From Haliotis rubra (lineage: Eukaryota): a DNA stretch of 64,000 nucleotides. Each line of letters starts with the position of its first letter. Within the stretch, counting starts at the first letter, position 1. The notes under the pieces are model-generated. The model had not been told where the DNA came from. It saw only the letters and a program-made list of their open reading frames with translations, and made no database searches. A program made the position numbers and the translations under genes. Positions 39,601 to 53,146 of this stretch are shown in pieces. The DNA lies in NCBI RefSeq assembly GCF_003918875.1, contig NW_025767356.1, positions 310,001 through 374,000 on the forward strand, written 5' to 3'.

Positions 39601-42600
39601 ATGTCAATGAGTGAGTGAATGGGTGGGTGAGTGGGTGAAGGAGTGGCCGTAAGGATAGATAAAAGTGTCCAAACCCTGTCGGTTACGACCACACCCAAGT
39701 AGCTGAGTCAGATTCAGAACATTCTGAACACCTGGATCTAGATTCCTATCTCACTACTCAAACCTTGGTGATTTAAATGTGCCATTGTACAGTATGTCCC
39801 ATATCTTCTAAATAATGTTATAAATGTTGTTTTATTCGCGGCTTGATTGTGGTAATATGGAATTGAATGGAATGACCTTTTGTGTTGGACCAAGATCCGG
39901 TGCTCTGTACCAATTCGTTTGATTTGAGGCTGCTCGATCAACGACTCCATGGTACCAACTGCCTAATATTATTGTAATTTCCATGTCGGGTGCTCGGAAT
40001 TAAGGACAACGAAATAACTTTCAGTCATTGTGCCACCATAACCCTTCTCAGAAATCATCACTATGTACACTATGTAAGCGGCACAAACATCAAGCAGGAA
40101 CCGCCACGCCTCACCATAGGTTACCTTTACGAGATGAAAAGCAGGAAGTTAGTGTACAAACCTTTTCTGGACAACCCAACCGTACTTGAGAGTATAGGGT
40201 CTGTGTTGACAAGACACGTGAATGTGCCAAAATCATTTTTATTGACATTTGTTATCTTCAGTGTCCAGTTTCTCCTGTGTCCCCTGGAACTGACTGTGTA
40301 CCGTTTCCTGAGACTCCGTGACCCGAATGTGACCACACGATTGCTGGGGTCAAGCCACAGAACCTGCAAAATACGTCTCCTATACAGAACATGTCATAGA
40401 ATGTGTCAGAGTGGTTGCCGTTCAGGAAATATAATTATACTAGAAACTGACGTTTGTGAGTGAGTGAGTGAATGAGTTTAGTTTTACGCCGCACTCTGCA
40501 ATATTCCAGCTATATGGCGGCGGTCCGTATATAGTCGAGTCTGGACCAGACGATCCAGTGATCAACATCATGAGCATGGATCTGCCCATTTGGGAACCGA
40601 TGACATGTGTCAACCAAGTCAGCGAGCCTGACCACCCGATCCCGTTAGTCGCCTCTTACGACAAGCATGGGTTACTAAAGGTTCATTCTAACCCGACCCT
40701 TCACGGGTCCTGACGTTTGTCAATCGATGAAGTGACTGAGTTGGTATTACGTCGTTTTCAGTAACAGTCAAACATCTGAGGGGTTAGTACATGTAATGCA
40801 TAATACATTGGATAGGTATTGCACTATTTTTGAATGCTAACAGGCATGAGGGACGAACGTTGTAACGCCACGCTAAACAAGATGGAACTGAAACCAATAC
40901 CTTATTACCACTGAATAAAAGCTGACCAGACAAATTCATTACATGTGTAACACACGATTTTTGAATTGTATGTTTTTTTTGTGTCAAATGAGCTTTAATA
41001 GTCGTTGTCCTGGTAACAATATCCTGGTCTTTAATAACCACTTATTAAACGTTTGTTTTCCTGAGCAGATTCGTCTACGGATCTATCTCATCACGAACCG
41101 GAGATAAGGTGATTATATTTAGCCAGTCTCTACAGCCATTCTATCAAACAATATATGAACAGGCCATCCAGTGGTGATTTTCCCATACTGTGTTAACCTT
41201 GTACAAGTCAGTTGCATGTGCTAGGCGAATCACGAACATCACCTCAACAGTGTAACCTTTGCCCGACTATACTGAAGAGGCGGAAATATGACAAGCGTAA
41301 TTGACCATGGACGACGAACATGACCGCCTGTTGAAATCACGACATTGCTTGATAGGAAACTGTCAATTAACGATTACTATACTATGCCTCGGCCTAGTAT
41401 CTAATAATGACAAAATAGTTAATAATGGTGTTATTTGTCTTCCTATTAAGTGTTTTTTATGTGTATTTTAAAATATTGCTTGAAGCTTCAATAGCTTTCA
41501 GTAGCTTTCAATAGCTGCAATAGCTTCTTACCATTCATAGTGATGCACAGCCAGAACCAAATATGCTACACTCAACAGTATTCTGTTCTAACCTTATACT
41601 TATGCTTTCGTTGGACAATACAGGGAAGTTCGACATCATCGCCTATAGAAGCCTTTACTGTCTTTTCTGAAGTTCGAATGAGTGTGAAATGTTTATCTGC
41701 AAGTAGAAAAACATAAGTAACATTTTACGGATATATGGTATAGAACTATCAATTAGAGCGAGTGAGTGAGTGATTATGGTTTTACGTCGCTTTTAGCAAT
41801 ATTACAGCAATATCGCAGGTATCACCAGAAATGGGCTTCACACATGGTACCCATGTGGGGAATTGAACCCGGGTCTTCAGCGTGACGAGCGAATGCTTTC
41901 ACTATTAGACTACCCCACCGCAACTATTGATAAAATCGAAATAATTGTTAAAACGTACGATGTACACGAGTATCTCATTTACAGTGACATGCGAGGTTAC
42001 ATTAAAAAATAAATGCGTAAATGTAGCCTATAAACACAAGCGAAGACAATCCTCAAGTATGCTGTGCACTTCGGGAACAGATCTAGAGGGGTAATGGAGT
42101 TCTTTGGGGATGAGGGTAGATTGGTGAAGAATAGAGCAATAACGGTTTATTCATTACTTTCTCTTCTAAAGCATATTTGCACCTTACACGAAACAAGTAA
42201 GATAGACCACCAAACAGTTAAGTACATGGCACATTGACAGCATCATGTTCACCTTTTCTGACCAGCGTGAACTTTGTCGAGTTCACCACCGTCCTGTTCA
42301 GCAACCAATAACAGGTGTAGTACCCCGCGTCCGTCACCCTGGTAGCATCAATGATGAGACTGGACCAGCCTTGCTTTGTGTCTTCCTCGATCTGGTACTT
42401 GTCGGGGTGAGAAATCACCCTACCGCTGACGGCGATGGGAATCTGTAACCCCGTCTTTCTCCACATTACCTGGTGAATTACCGCACCATTCATGCTTACT
42501 ATGTTGACATCGACTGTCAAGCTTGCAGCAGATATTATAAATTATCATTATCATGAACATGTCATTATAACAATATGCTTATTTCCTACAGTGATACAAT

Positions 42601-43941
42601 TTAACTTCCAACAAACTAGAACTGCAATAATGGTCATCAGCTTGAAGCTGTTTCTTGTTATGTGTTGTCATTGAAAAGGAATAGGATAAATATCGCATCG
42701 TGAGCATTGCCAGTCTAAGAGTAGTGAAAGTCTTACTGTTACATCGTCACTTGAAGGGAAGCTACAAGTGAGGTTCACGCTTCTGTTTTTCTGGTACTGC
42801 ACACGTGTAAAGGGCTCCCAAGTCTTCCAGAGGTGCACCTGTGTTAGAAATCGCAAACTGAGAAATCGCAGACATTTAATAGGGTCCGAATGCCCCAGTG
42901 TTCCCCAGGTATGCCAGTTGCTCAGTCAGGAAGCTAGTGAATTTGACAACAGTGGTTAATATGTAAGGCCAGGGTGATTTGTCCAGCATCCTCCGATTTT
43001 AAGCTGACACGTTCAAAACCTGTCATTGCCAAGTAGCATTAAGCCAAAGTATCCTAACTGCGGTTAATGTTTGGTCATTATCAAACCGTGGTGGAGCGTG
43101 GCTTGACACTTGTGATTGAAACTGACACGTTCAAAGTAAGTACTAAACACATACAAACAGACTAAATTCTTCAATATAAAATCGCCAACCATCCCTACTC
43201 TCCACGTTATCACTTAATCCGAGTTGAATGCGCTATGCATTGCCTCATTTATTAGACAGCAACGACGTCAATATATTGTTGTTACATTACATGATCAAAG
43301 CGAGTGTTGCCTAATTTTCACAACATCAATGGCTTTTGTATGCATAGGGGAGACGTCTCACTGTCAACTCGCGTGAGCTGAGGGGAAATGAGGTTTGGAC
43401 AAGCGTTCATTATACTTGGTGCGACTGTGAACAAATGTCTAATTTTCTCTTTGTGTATATGCTCAATGAACAGCTTCATACAGCAAACCCGTTCGTACAA
43501 GCACAAGAATGGAGTTGAAAGGATGTGGATCACAACAAAGGCAATTCAATGATATGAAACCATGGTCTGCTGATAGCTCAACTGGGGCTACGACATACAC
43601 AGATAAAGATCATCTTAAAGAACAAATTATTGCTTCACAGTACATGTTTAGTAAACAATAACAATCAACAGCTTGTACCTTTTAACTTCATGTCTCTTCA
43701 GCTACTCATTAAAAAAGAATAATATACTAATTATTCTATAATAAGTAATTTAATATATTTCTTTAATTTTGTGAGAAATTGATATTTTTATAAGTCAAAA
43801 TGTATGAAAAAGTAAATGATGCTTCATATATGATTCTGCTCGCCAAGTAATAAAATCAGGTGATTACCTACCTTTCCCTGCAGATTGTTGGAGAACTGCG
43901 GCGCACACGAGACACACGTGCAGGTACACTACGAGTATCAT
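36620..43941 (-). CDS. Ig-1: type-I receptor with two Ig domains (~480 aa if a 1-nt insertion is corrected)
   Basis: Exons: 43941-43872 (signal MILVVYLHVCLVCAAVLQQSAG); 42838-42737 (SVNLTC; one base too long); 42469-42253 (VMWRK...DAGYYTC); 41696-41593 (DVELPC); 40363-40162 (VLWLD...DFGTFTC); 39581-39462 and 39142-39065 (stalk); 37937-37853 (TM LILGTSIGVCGFVLFVGLASGCFLV); 37085-36620 (tail with TYCEPW). Confidence 0.8.
37100..37390. repeat. 27-bp minisatellite (CATGCAAGTAAACTTAGATGTACGGGT)n, ~10 copies
   Basis: Direct periodicity; abuts the last acceptor of Ig-1. Confidence 0.95.
38083..38200. mobile_element. Short palindromic MITE related to 868-961
   Basis: GGGCTCCTTTCACGAAGC ... GCTTTGTGAAATGAGGCC imperfect TIRs. 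Confidence 0.5.
38243..39068. repeat. 43-bp minisatellite, ~19 copies
   Basis: Unit AACACTACACTGCCGTTAAGGTACCAACATTTATTCTTACCCC. Confidence 0.95.
40458..40709 (-). mobile_element. SINE family 2 with TSD
   Basis: Reverse complement of 28866-29111; flanked by CTGACGTTTGT. Confidence 0.9.
41758..41920 (-). mobile_element. tRNA-derived SINE, family 1
   Basis: Reverse-complement match to the other copies. Confidence 0.85.
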
Positions 43942-45380
43942 GATACATGGTACAGATTCACAGAGCAGTCACGTTTTGTCACAGTCTGAGCGTCCAAACT
44001 TCGACATATGTAACATACAAACACAGCGCACTCAGTCCACTTACTGTAAGTGTCCTGTCAATCACATGACCACCACTGACTCACTTTCCTCTATACGGTC
44101 TTTATGTTACAATAACAACAATTCTCATGTTTCCTCACGGAGGGTAACGGGTATTGCCAATGCGTACATGCATGTACAGTCATTGTCTGGACAGTCAGAC
44201 ATCGTCCATGGTTCAACTGTGCTTGTCACCAGATCTTCAAAGTGAGGCGTAAATGAAGCGTAAAGCCATAAAGAATGAATTGCAACTAACACGAAAGCTA
44301 TTATATATGTATAAGGCTTTAAATTATAATTGTTTTTGAACACAACAAGGCCAAGGTCTTTGGATTCGTGTTTCCCCTGTTTAAAAAAAGGTTGTTGTGT
44401 ACAACGGCATCCGGGAAAGGGTTTTATGACTTTCATTATTATCAGTTATTTTTCAGGGGGATGGTGGGGCACACCCAAGGAGGCCCAAGTCTGGGTATTT
44501 TATTCACCAAGGTCTTGTGTTGTGTGTGGTTTGCTATACTGGTACCTCTTTCCAAGCGAGTTAATTCCCTAACAGTAGCGTTTTGATAATGTGTATGGAA
44601 GGTGTCCAGACTGTGTCAAGATGGAGAGTGCCGTCATACCCCGCTAGCTGACATTATACATATATCGATAATATTATCTATAATGTTCTAAGAAGGGACG
44701 TCATTGATGTTTCAGGTACTTTAGGTACTTGCCCAGGACAGGATGACACCACTTCCATATATTGTACCCTGTCAGATATGTTCCAGCTCATTAATGTGTA
44801 TGTCAAACGTATTCTCAGGTCAGCGTGTCTCGTTAATACACATGCTAGACTATTTATCACATATAAAGCTAAACTATTTGTAACATAAATAATCATAGGA
44901 TGGTTGTCTGGTAATGAGTCTGACTTTTTTACTTATACCACTTCACTTATTTCACAACCATGCATAACCCATCTCGATATGGAGAGTCTTGTTAATCCGA
45001 ATTACAACGGGTTTTCAGTCACCTATGCATGCTTGTCGAAACTGGTGCTCATCGTGTCTATCACTGGCTTATCTGGTATAGACTTGTACCCATGTGGGGA
45101 CCGGTTACTTGTAAACTGTCGCCATACAACTGTGTTATTGTGTGTGTGGTGATAAATAGATGCACAAAGCAAATTGAAAAGCCGGCGATGATGTTGAAAC
45201 TGAACACTGGATTCAACAATAGGTGGCTTTAAAAGTGGATCAAGATATTTTCTGTGTTCCGTCACTCTGCTCTCATTTGATGATCAGGCAATTTTGGATG
45301 CATATGCATGTTGTGGAAATAGAAGGAAGAGGTTGAAGCATGCGTTTCGCTTTCATTTGAGCTCTCGATATTAACTTGAC

Positions 45381-48300
45381 ATGTCGGGCGGCTGTTTGTT
45401 CATAGTTATCTTTCTACTAGCAGACATCCAATCCACATATCACGAACTAGGTAAGTTGTACTCAATACTACGTATATATAAAGAGGTTAATGTTACATGG
45501 ATCGTTGGAATTGTAAGTATCCTTACAAGTTTGTATACTACTTCTGCTTCCGGGCAGAATGAGAGGATTAGCCAGCACTGTTTTGATTGACGTGAGCTTA
45601 GAATATTATAGCATGAATTTCATAATTAGGAAAGCATGGGCGTGCCCTGAAGTAGCACAACATATACAGAAATGTTTAAATGCAAGCTTCACACTGAAAC
45701 GAAATATCGATTTGTGCACATAATGTTGCATATATAGAGGGCTTATATTTTACAAAAGACGGTTGAGGAACATGCGGGTAAAATTGTATTTAGATGAAAC
45801 TTATTTCGCTTGAAACCATTAATAATGACTATCTTGGGGTACTATCTTGCCTCTCAAAGAAGTTATCTTGGGGGTAAACTGTACGGCCAGCCAGCTCCGG
45901 TTGTAGAGAAATAACCGTTTCCATTTGATGATGACGTCACCGTTCCCTGCTAAGCATTTTCACCCAAACTATATCTGCCGTTGAACCCATTCTGTGGATA
46001 CCCGTTTTACTACATGATGAATGATATTTACAACATTGCAGTTTCAACAACTCAGATCACATTCGACAGGGGAGACAACGTCACCTTGACATGCAATATC
46101 CCGTGTAACAGGAAGGTGTGTATAAATAGCCAGGGATGTTTTACCATTGTATACGTCACACAAGTTGTTTATTTTACTAATCTGCAAACTGTTGCCTGTT
46201 TCACGACTAATTTCATCTGTTAAGCTGTAAGTAACTGTACATTGTTGTCGTCAGCTTTCAGACTGAGCGAGGGTGGGTGGGGTAGCCTAGTGGTTAAAGC
46301 GTTGGCTCGTCACGTCGAAGACCCGGGTTCGAATCCCCACATGAGTACAATGTGTGAAGCCCATTTCTGGTGTCCCCTGCCGTGATGTAGCTGGAATATT
46401 GCTAAAAGCGGCGTAAAACCAAACTCAGTCAGTCAGTCAGTCAGACTGAGCGTATCAACATCGTGTCTTGCGATGTGGACACGTGACTCTCAACAACTGA
46501 ACGTGTCGTGTTAAAATAGTTCATTTAAACAAAAGATAATGAAAGAGTCATGTATGATCAAAATGTTTGATAGTTTTTAGTAACGCAATAATATCACAAG
46601 ATGTCAAAATGTCGGTTAACAATAAAGAGTTATTTCGAATGAGCTTACTTTCATCTTGATGCGGCAACAACCTCTCTCGAGGAAATGAGTTCAGGTTTTC
46701 TTTTATCGGGCATACGGGTATTGTGTAGAACACAGAATGAAACTGTAATCTAATCAGAAAAGTAAAATTTTGAACTCTGGTCATATAAATATTTGTACTT
46801 ATTCAACAAACATTTTTGTTGCAAAACAAATCTGTTTCCAAACCGTTTGTCTTCACTTGCAAGCAGCGAAATCTGTAACATTCTACACAACAGTCGATCA
46901 CCTGAGTGTCTGGTTTGTGTACAGGCCGCGTGACAGGAGGACATTGTTCAGGCAAATTGTGCAGGTGGCAGGAGCTACCGGTCAGGGCAAAACATTCTTA
47001 CCCTTTACGGGAACACCTGGTGTCATCACTGATTTTCAGTGATCCGTTTTTCTCATTCTTACGGTATTTCGCTCTTTACACCAAATGGAAGCTGTATCTG
47101 ATGATAGTCAAAACCCTGGCTATCCCTTTGCACTGACCTCGTGTATTTCCTGGACAAAAAATTGTTTGAGATTGATCATGCCTGACTCGATTGAATATCA
47201 TGTATGTTATTGTATCAACTGTCCCTCCGCCGCAGATCGGAGACACTACAGACCTACGTGTAGGTTATACACATCTGACTCTTACTTTTACCCCTTGGAT
47301 TTATTCACTATTATACTAATCATGTTTGGCATGAATTGACTTCGAAGCATTAATGCTGATATATATAACATAATTTCTCACCAATGAAGGTATTGTGGAA
47401 GCGATGGTACAACCCGGTCCCAATAGCTGTCGGCAAGAGGCTGTTCGTGAATACTCAGAAATATGCATTACAAGAGAACCACGGTGATTTTCAACTGACC
47501 GTCATATCTGCACGTCGTCCAGATGCAGGGATCTATGACTGTGTCTACAAGAACGCTAGCAGGAAGCTTGTACAGCGGTTTGAATTAACGCTCAAAGGTG
47601 ACTACGATTTGTTGTTGAATGGTGTCTTGGTCAACCTTCTTTGTCAACATGCTCTTCAATGCATATCGTCCTGTCTCTCTTGTGCAATCTAAAGCTCCTG
47701 AAGTAAAGCACTGGATTGTGTGAACCATACTCGATTATTCACAGATCGACGATTGCGATGCCATGCAGACAACTGTTTGTTTCTATTAATAGCAGGTGGT
47801 AGGGATTCTTCAAGTAGAGAAAATAAACAATTGCACAGCTTTCGTAGAGTAAAGTATGTACGCCATATTATCAAGCGTCCCTTTATTTTGCCCAGAAAGA
47901 TTGTAAACCAGCACGTTGAAGTTCACATGCTGGTCGCTGCATTCAGGAACGGTATGAGCTCAACACAGTTTATCTATCGTACTCGTTACAGGTGAAGACG
48001 CTTCTAATGAAAGCATATCAGGCATATCTGTTGCCGCAGCGTGTGGCAGAACAGCCAAACTACACTGTACCGTCAAAGTTCGCAAGCCATCCAAGGTAGG
48101 TCCTCCCTGGACAAGTACTTACTAACTATTCCCCCAACAGCATCTGGCATTATGACATTGTCAACATTTGTTTTACAGGTTATATGGATGGACAACCGGG
48201 GACTGCTTGTATCTGTTGGCAAAACAAGCTTCAGATCTAGATACAGGAGCTCTTATGACAACATAAGCAATTCCTGGCAGTTGAGGATCAGGCCCGTGAC

Positions 48301-50193
48301 CAAACACGACTTTGGACATTTTACCTGCATGGTAAAGGGTGATACCGTCATGGCTGTTGATGTGACCTTGAAAAGAAAAGGTACGTTGAATCCGTTTGGA
48401 CAAGATCTTTTAATATAATTTAAAAGTAAATAAAAACAGTGCCACACGATGGTGTTTTCTTGTTTGCATTATATAAACCGTAATTCACCGACAAACACAT
48501 GTCAATTTAACCGTCTATGTGATGTGGTGCTTATGACATATACCTGAGTTAAGGGTAGTAAATTATTTGGAAATTAAGTTAGCCTCATTTCGTATTTCCA
48601 GGAAACTCGACCTTGTGCCTCTCAAGCCCTGGGGATCACACAGAAAACAGGACTTCTCCAGCCAATGCAACACAGGCCAGTGATGAAGGTGCTATTATAT
48701 CTCATTGACATACCTCATGACTTGATAAAGTTGGTACAAGCATGAACGTGTACGGTTAATTAAATGTATGTACATTTAAATTTAAATTTAAATTTACATT
48801 TAAACACTAAATTGTGTTATGTTAACAGATACAACTCTTTCCTGGGGGGACCTTCACGCCACAGAGAAATACGACGACACAAGACAACCAGGACCTGCTG
48901 AAACTTCTCTACTTCTTCAACTCCGAACAGGTGATATATTAAATACATATTGTCACACTCTGGAGATAATCAGTGTTTAGCTTTGTCGTTTTAGGGGATT
49001 TGTTTGTGCGTTTGTTGTTCCATAATACAGGTCGCCACTAAATAGATATAACCTGGACAAACAATCAAGTGGTTGATATTATGATGAACGATCCACGGCT
49101 CCGGTCTACGAAGTAGCAGATCTGCTAAATCCGACGATAAGTATAAGAACCTGTCCTCTATTCCAACATGTTCACGTAATCCAGACATATTTATCATAGA
49201 GCTGACACAAGCATTTTGTGTCATGGATCAACGTGTCGGAAGCTAAAACTTTCCGTCGCCACTGATATTATACAAGTGATGTACAAGGTAGTAGGTAGAA
49301 CATAATATGTGTAAATGTTTAGTTGTTATATCATTGTTACACGTGGATAGTCAGTAGGTGCTTCTCATATTAATATATATATAAACGGAAATCGTATTAG
49401 TAAGCAAATCATATATATGTATATTATGGAACGTTACAACATATGTGTTAAATCTACAATAACTTGTATTTTCCCAGGTCTGGTCATTCTCGGTGTTGGG
49501 TATGCGGTGTTGTGTCAGCAGTGATCTGTGTCGTCGCTCTCTGTACTGTCAGAAGGTGTGTTGTTATTAGCATGCACTCTCTCTAACTGTCATCACTGTG
49601 TCTGAACACATTCATGAATGTCTGTCTTTATCAACAAATGGCTCATTCGCAGTTAATTTACTGGATTGCGTAAATCATATTTTGAACAAAATTTCACAAC
49701 AAAGAACGGGACAGCTAAATGCTGGAGGTCGATGTTTTACGCTGAAGGACGTAGTTTCATGTTATCTGTGCCAATTCGTCAAAATCGCTCTTATGTTGAC
49801 GAGAAGTACAATTTGATAATGGTCCGTGTCTCATGCTCCTGTGACAGAATCACCCACCTGACCAGCACTGCCCGGGGACCGGAGACCGAGAGGGAGCCCC
49901 CTCGGACTGAGGAAACATCACTGTCGAGCTCGAGGTGGCACTACAGCTTGTCTACTCCGTATGAGTCGAGATCCAGCGTGGCGCCACCTGCAACCAGGAT
50001 CAGGAACTATTGCCGTAGCAGTAGTATGGGTGCTACGACCGGCGTCCATCCCAGCGGGTGCATGTTCTCCTCCTACCCCTCCTCCGCCCCTCACCCCCTG
50101 CTTGTCCCGGGGGGCCAACACGCACCTCACGTCTCTCCACAACAGTCTGATGACGACGAAGAAGAAGAAGTGTCGGATGCAATTGCCGTGTAG
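45381..50193 (+). CDS. Ig-2: type-I receptor with two Ig domains (~423 aa if a 1-nt deletion in the TM exon is corrected)
   Basis: Exons: 45381-45450 (signal); 46042-46115 (GDNVTLTC); 47390-47597 (VLWKR...DAGIYDC); 47992-48095 (TAKLHC); 48179-48380 (VIWMD...DFGHFTC); 48602-48688; 48829-48930; 49478-49555 (TM, frameshift at GGG 49498-49500); 49848-50193 (Ser/Pro-rich tail with acidic end). Exon sizes 70/104/202 are identical to Ig-1. Confidence 0.82.
46270..46445 (+). mobile_element. tRNA-derived SINE, family 1, with TSD
   Basis: A/B boxes, (AGTC)n tail, CAGACTGAGCG on both flanks. Confidence 0.9.
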
Positions 50194-51559
50194 ATAATCT
50201 AGTGTAGAGGATCAGGATGGCAGTCGCTCAATGCTATCATCTACATGTACGTTTGGGCGAGGATAAATTGAGGTCTAACATCCCGCTCAAGATTACACTT
50301 ACACAGTCACGTCCATTCCCGTGTTTGTGCGCGGGTGTCAGTTTGTGCGCGTGTGTGTGTTTGATGCTTGTTCGAGCCACTGTCTGTGTTCGAGTGCTTG
50401 CTTGCTAATACACTATTCCGCAGTTCTAACATGGTCGCCTTACTTAGCTACCTGTAGTATGCTGACTCCGATCCAACCTGTCCTTATTTCATGCCCTTAA
50501 TACCGAGCGCCAGACATGGCAACAACAAGTACCTTCTTACTGACGTGTTGTGATAAGACAAAGCCGGGACTGACACTGTATACCAGCCCATGGTGTACTT
50601 GCTATATAGCAGTACTTGAAACACTACTACCACAACTTGAAACACTATATACCGTATGGCTGCATTCAGATACAGGACTATGTATGGATGCCTTGAGGGG
50701 GCATATTGTCGTGTTTTCTAAAGACGTGTTAATACGTTGTTAAGTATTCACATTGTCACATGCAATTAGCTCAACAGTAAATTACAACAATTTGAGGTAT
50801 GACCAATATTTTCAAGTGTGCGGGTTCTAGTCCATTATGTGGACCCTCAAAATACATGCTGACACTTAAATGCTATGTAAGACTTTTATAGACCAATGGG
50901 TCAGCATGCATGTAGTCAACTACTGTAAATCATGAAATTGATGCGTCTCGAATTTAATGCGAGTGCGAGGGTCTAATCTAAAATATCACGAAATTAATGC
51001 GAGCTCAGGAATCATTATTGTTGATGATAAAATGTGACACCCTGAATCTTTGATGTTGTTCATTTTCTGTTCACACTTGTTATTTACCAAATAAACTGAA
51101 TTGAGCTTGAATTGAATTGAATAAAATGTTCACATTAATTTCATGATTTACAGTATATGTATTCCATCGGCATCTGGTTTGAAAAGACGAAATTAATCAT
51201 ACACGTCAAACTATTCCAGCTGATCTTGTTGCGGAAACCCAGGTACACAACCATTGTTTCACTGTAATGTGTGTATGTATTTGGTTATAGATTAAATAAA
51301 GGCTTGATACGATACAGACATGTTGTGTTATCAGTGCATTGTGAACCTCTATTAGTTTTACGAACATATGTTTTAATCATGACACCGTATGACCTACTAG
51401 TATTAAAAATGTAAAATGTAACATTGCTATGGACCGGAAATAGACAGGTTTCGGCCTCCGTGTCGTGCCTGTCAGCATCTGAAGTGGGGAATAATGGGAG
51501 TAGAATAGTGTCATATCTGTTGCGATATTTGTGTGGCAACAACACTTCCTTGTACGTTA

Positions 51560-51720
51560 GTGAGTGAATTTAGTTTTATGCCGTTTATGACAATATTCCA
51601 ACAATGTCACGTTGGGGGGACAGGAAATGGGCTTCACGTATTGTACCCATGTGGGGAATCGAACCCGGGCCTTTGGGGGCACGAGCGAACGCTTTATCCA
51701 CTAGGCAACCACACTGACCC
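51560..51720 (-). mobile_element. Diverged SINE, family 1
   Basis: Reverse-complement similarity (ATTGTACCCATGTGGGGAATCGAACCCGGG). Confidence 0.75.
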
Positions 51721-53146
51721 GACCTTCTTGAAATTCGTAACAACATTATTTATCAAAATTAATTAGAATGCTGTGAAGTTTGACAAGCAAATTCGCACAA
51801 CTGGTCGAAATGAAGGCGTTGTACGGAGCTGTTTCCCTCGGGCACACCTATCACTGTGGGTTCGAATCCAGGTCCGCTCACCTTGTGTGTAAAGGTTTAT
51901 CAGGACCCATACCTGTACTCGCAGGTTTCACCACCGTGACTGACAAACGTCTGAGACTTTTATCACTTGGGACTGTTTTACACATTGAGCTGAGATGGTG
52001 TGATATCACAGAAACCGAACTCTCTCACCAGCGTTTCGTGTCATTTAGTCAAACATATGTGTTTTCACAAATGCCCGTTAAATCATGTCAATAACAAGTG
52101 TTGGGAAGATAAATTCGAGGAAGAAAATCAAATCAAGTTTCTGAAATGTTACAGAAAGCAACATCACTTGACGGAAATAATTAGTTGTTATGTAATCTCA
52201 AAATGGTCTTGTGAATATTGCACGCGTGTCTGTGCATGTTTAGACAAAACGTCCCCATGATCCAACGATAAATGACCTCATTGAATGTAAATGTTCGCAA
52301 ATGACAATCAAATGTCTGAATACAAATCACGCATGGTTAAAATGTGAAATTTCAATTGCAGAGTCATTCAGAGAAAATATTAAAACAATAGGAGTTACGT
52401 CTCTTTTGAACAAAAGGAAACTGTGATCGTTGTCTGGAATGTCGGTTCCCCAGGTTAGGTTGTATAGCCTTACCAATACTATTGCCTTAATAGATCCGGC
52501 GACTTTATGGGTAACAACTTCGCCTGAAAGCACGAAAACGGAGTAAGAATCTACATGTCGTCCTATGCAATAAACAAACAATTGTTATCCATAAAGTCGT
52601 ATACTTTATGGTTAACTCAGACTTTCTAGAAAGCCTATCAAACAATTAGCACTACATTCTTGCTGGTGGGTTTCGACGCCGTGTTGAACCTCGGGAAGTC
52701 CTCCAAGCGGACACACCGTCATAGAATATTGTGAAACTCAGTTACTCTTTCCATGCACTCGCTCAATCAGTGTTTTATTAACAACCAGTGTTAGCTAGGA
52801 AACGTTATGACATTTAATGGACATGTATGGGTCGGGTTACTAAAAGCGTGACTCGACAGTACAACGTTCACCTATTTGGTTTCGATACAAATCCTTCCCT
52901 GTGTCCCGGATGCAGATTGCAGGTTGATCCACGTGCCCCCATACAAAAGTTATTCAGCAAGTGGCCATTGACTAAACATAGCTACTATATCACTTAATGA
53001 ATCATGCAGGAGAATGAATCTCAAGGAAAACCATCTGAAATTATAGATACAGGGATACGTTTCCAGCCGGAAATAGCAAACTTACTCAACAAAAAGTTTC
53101 TTAGCTATTACGCAGGGTTTTTTCAAAATAACACACGCTCTTCTCA

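Noticed and set aside
52330-52720. Possible L1/Tx1 endonuclease relic (ILAGGF..AVLN)
   Set aside because: Too degenerate to support by eye.
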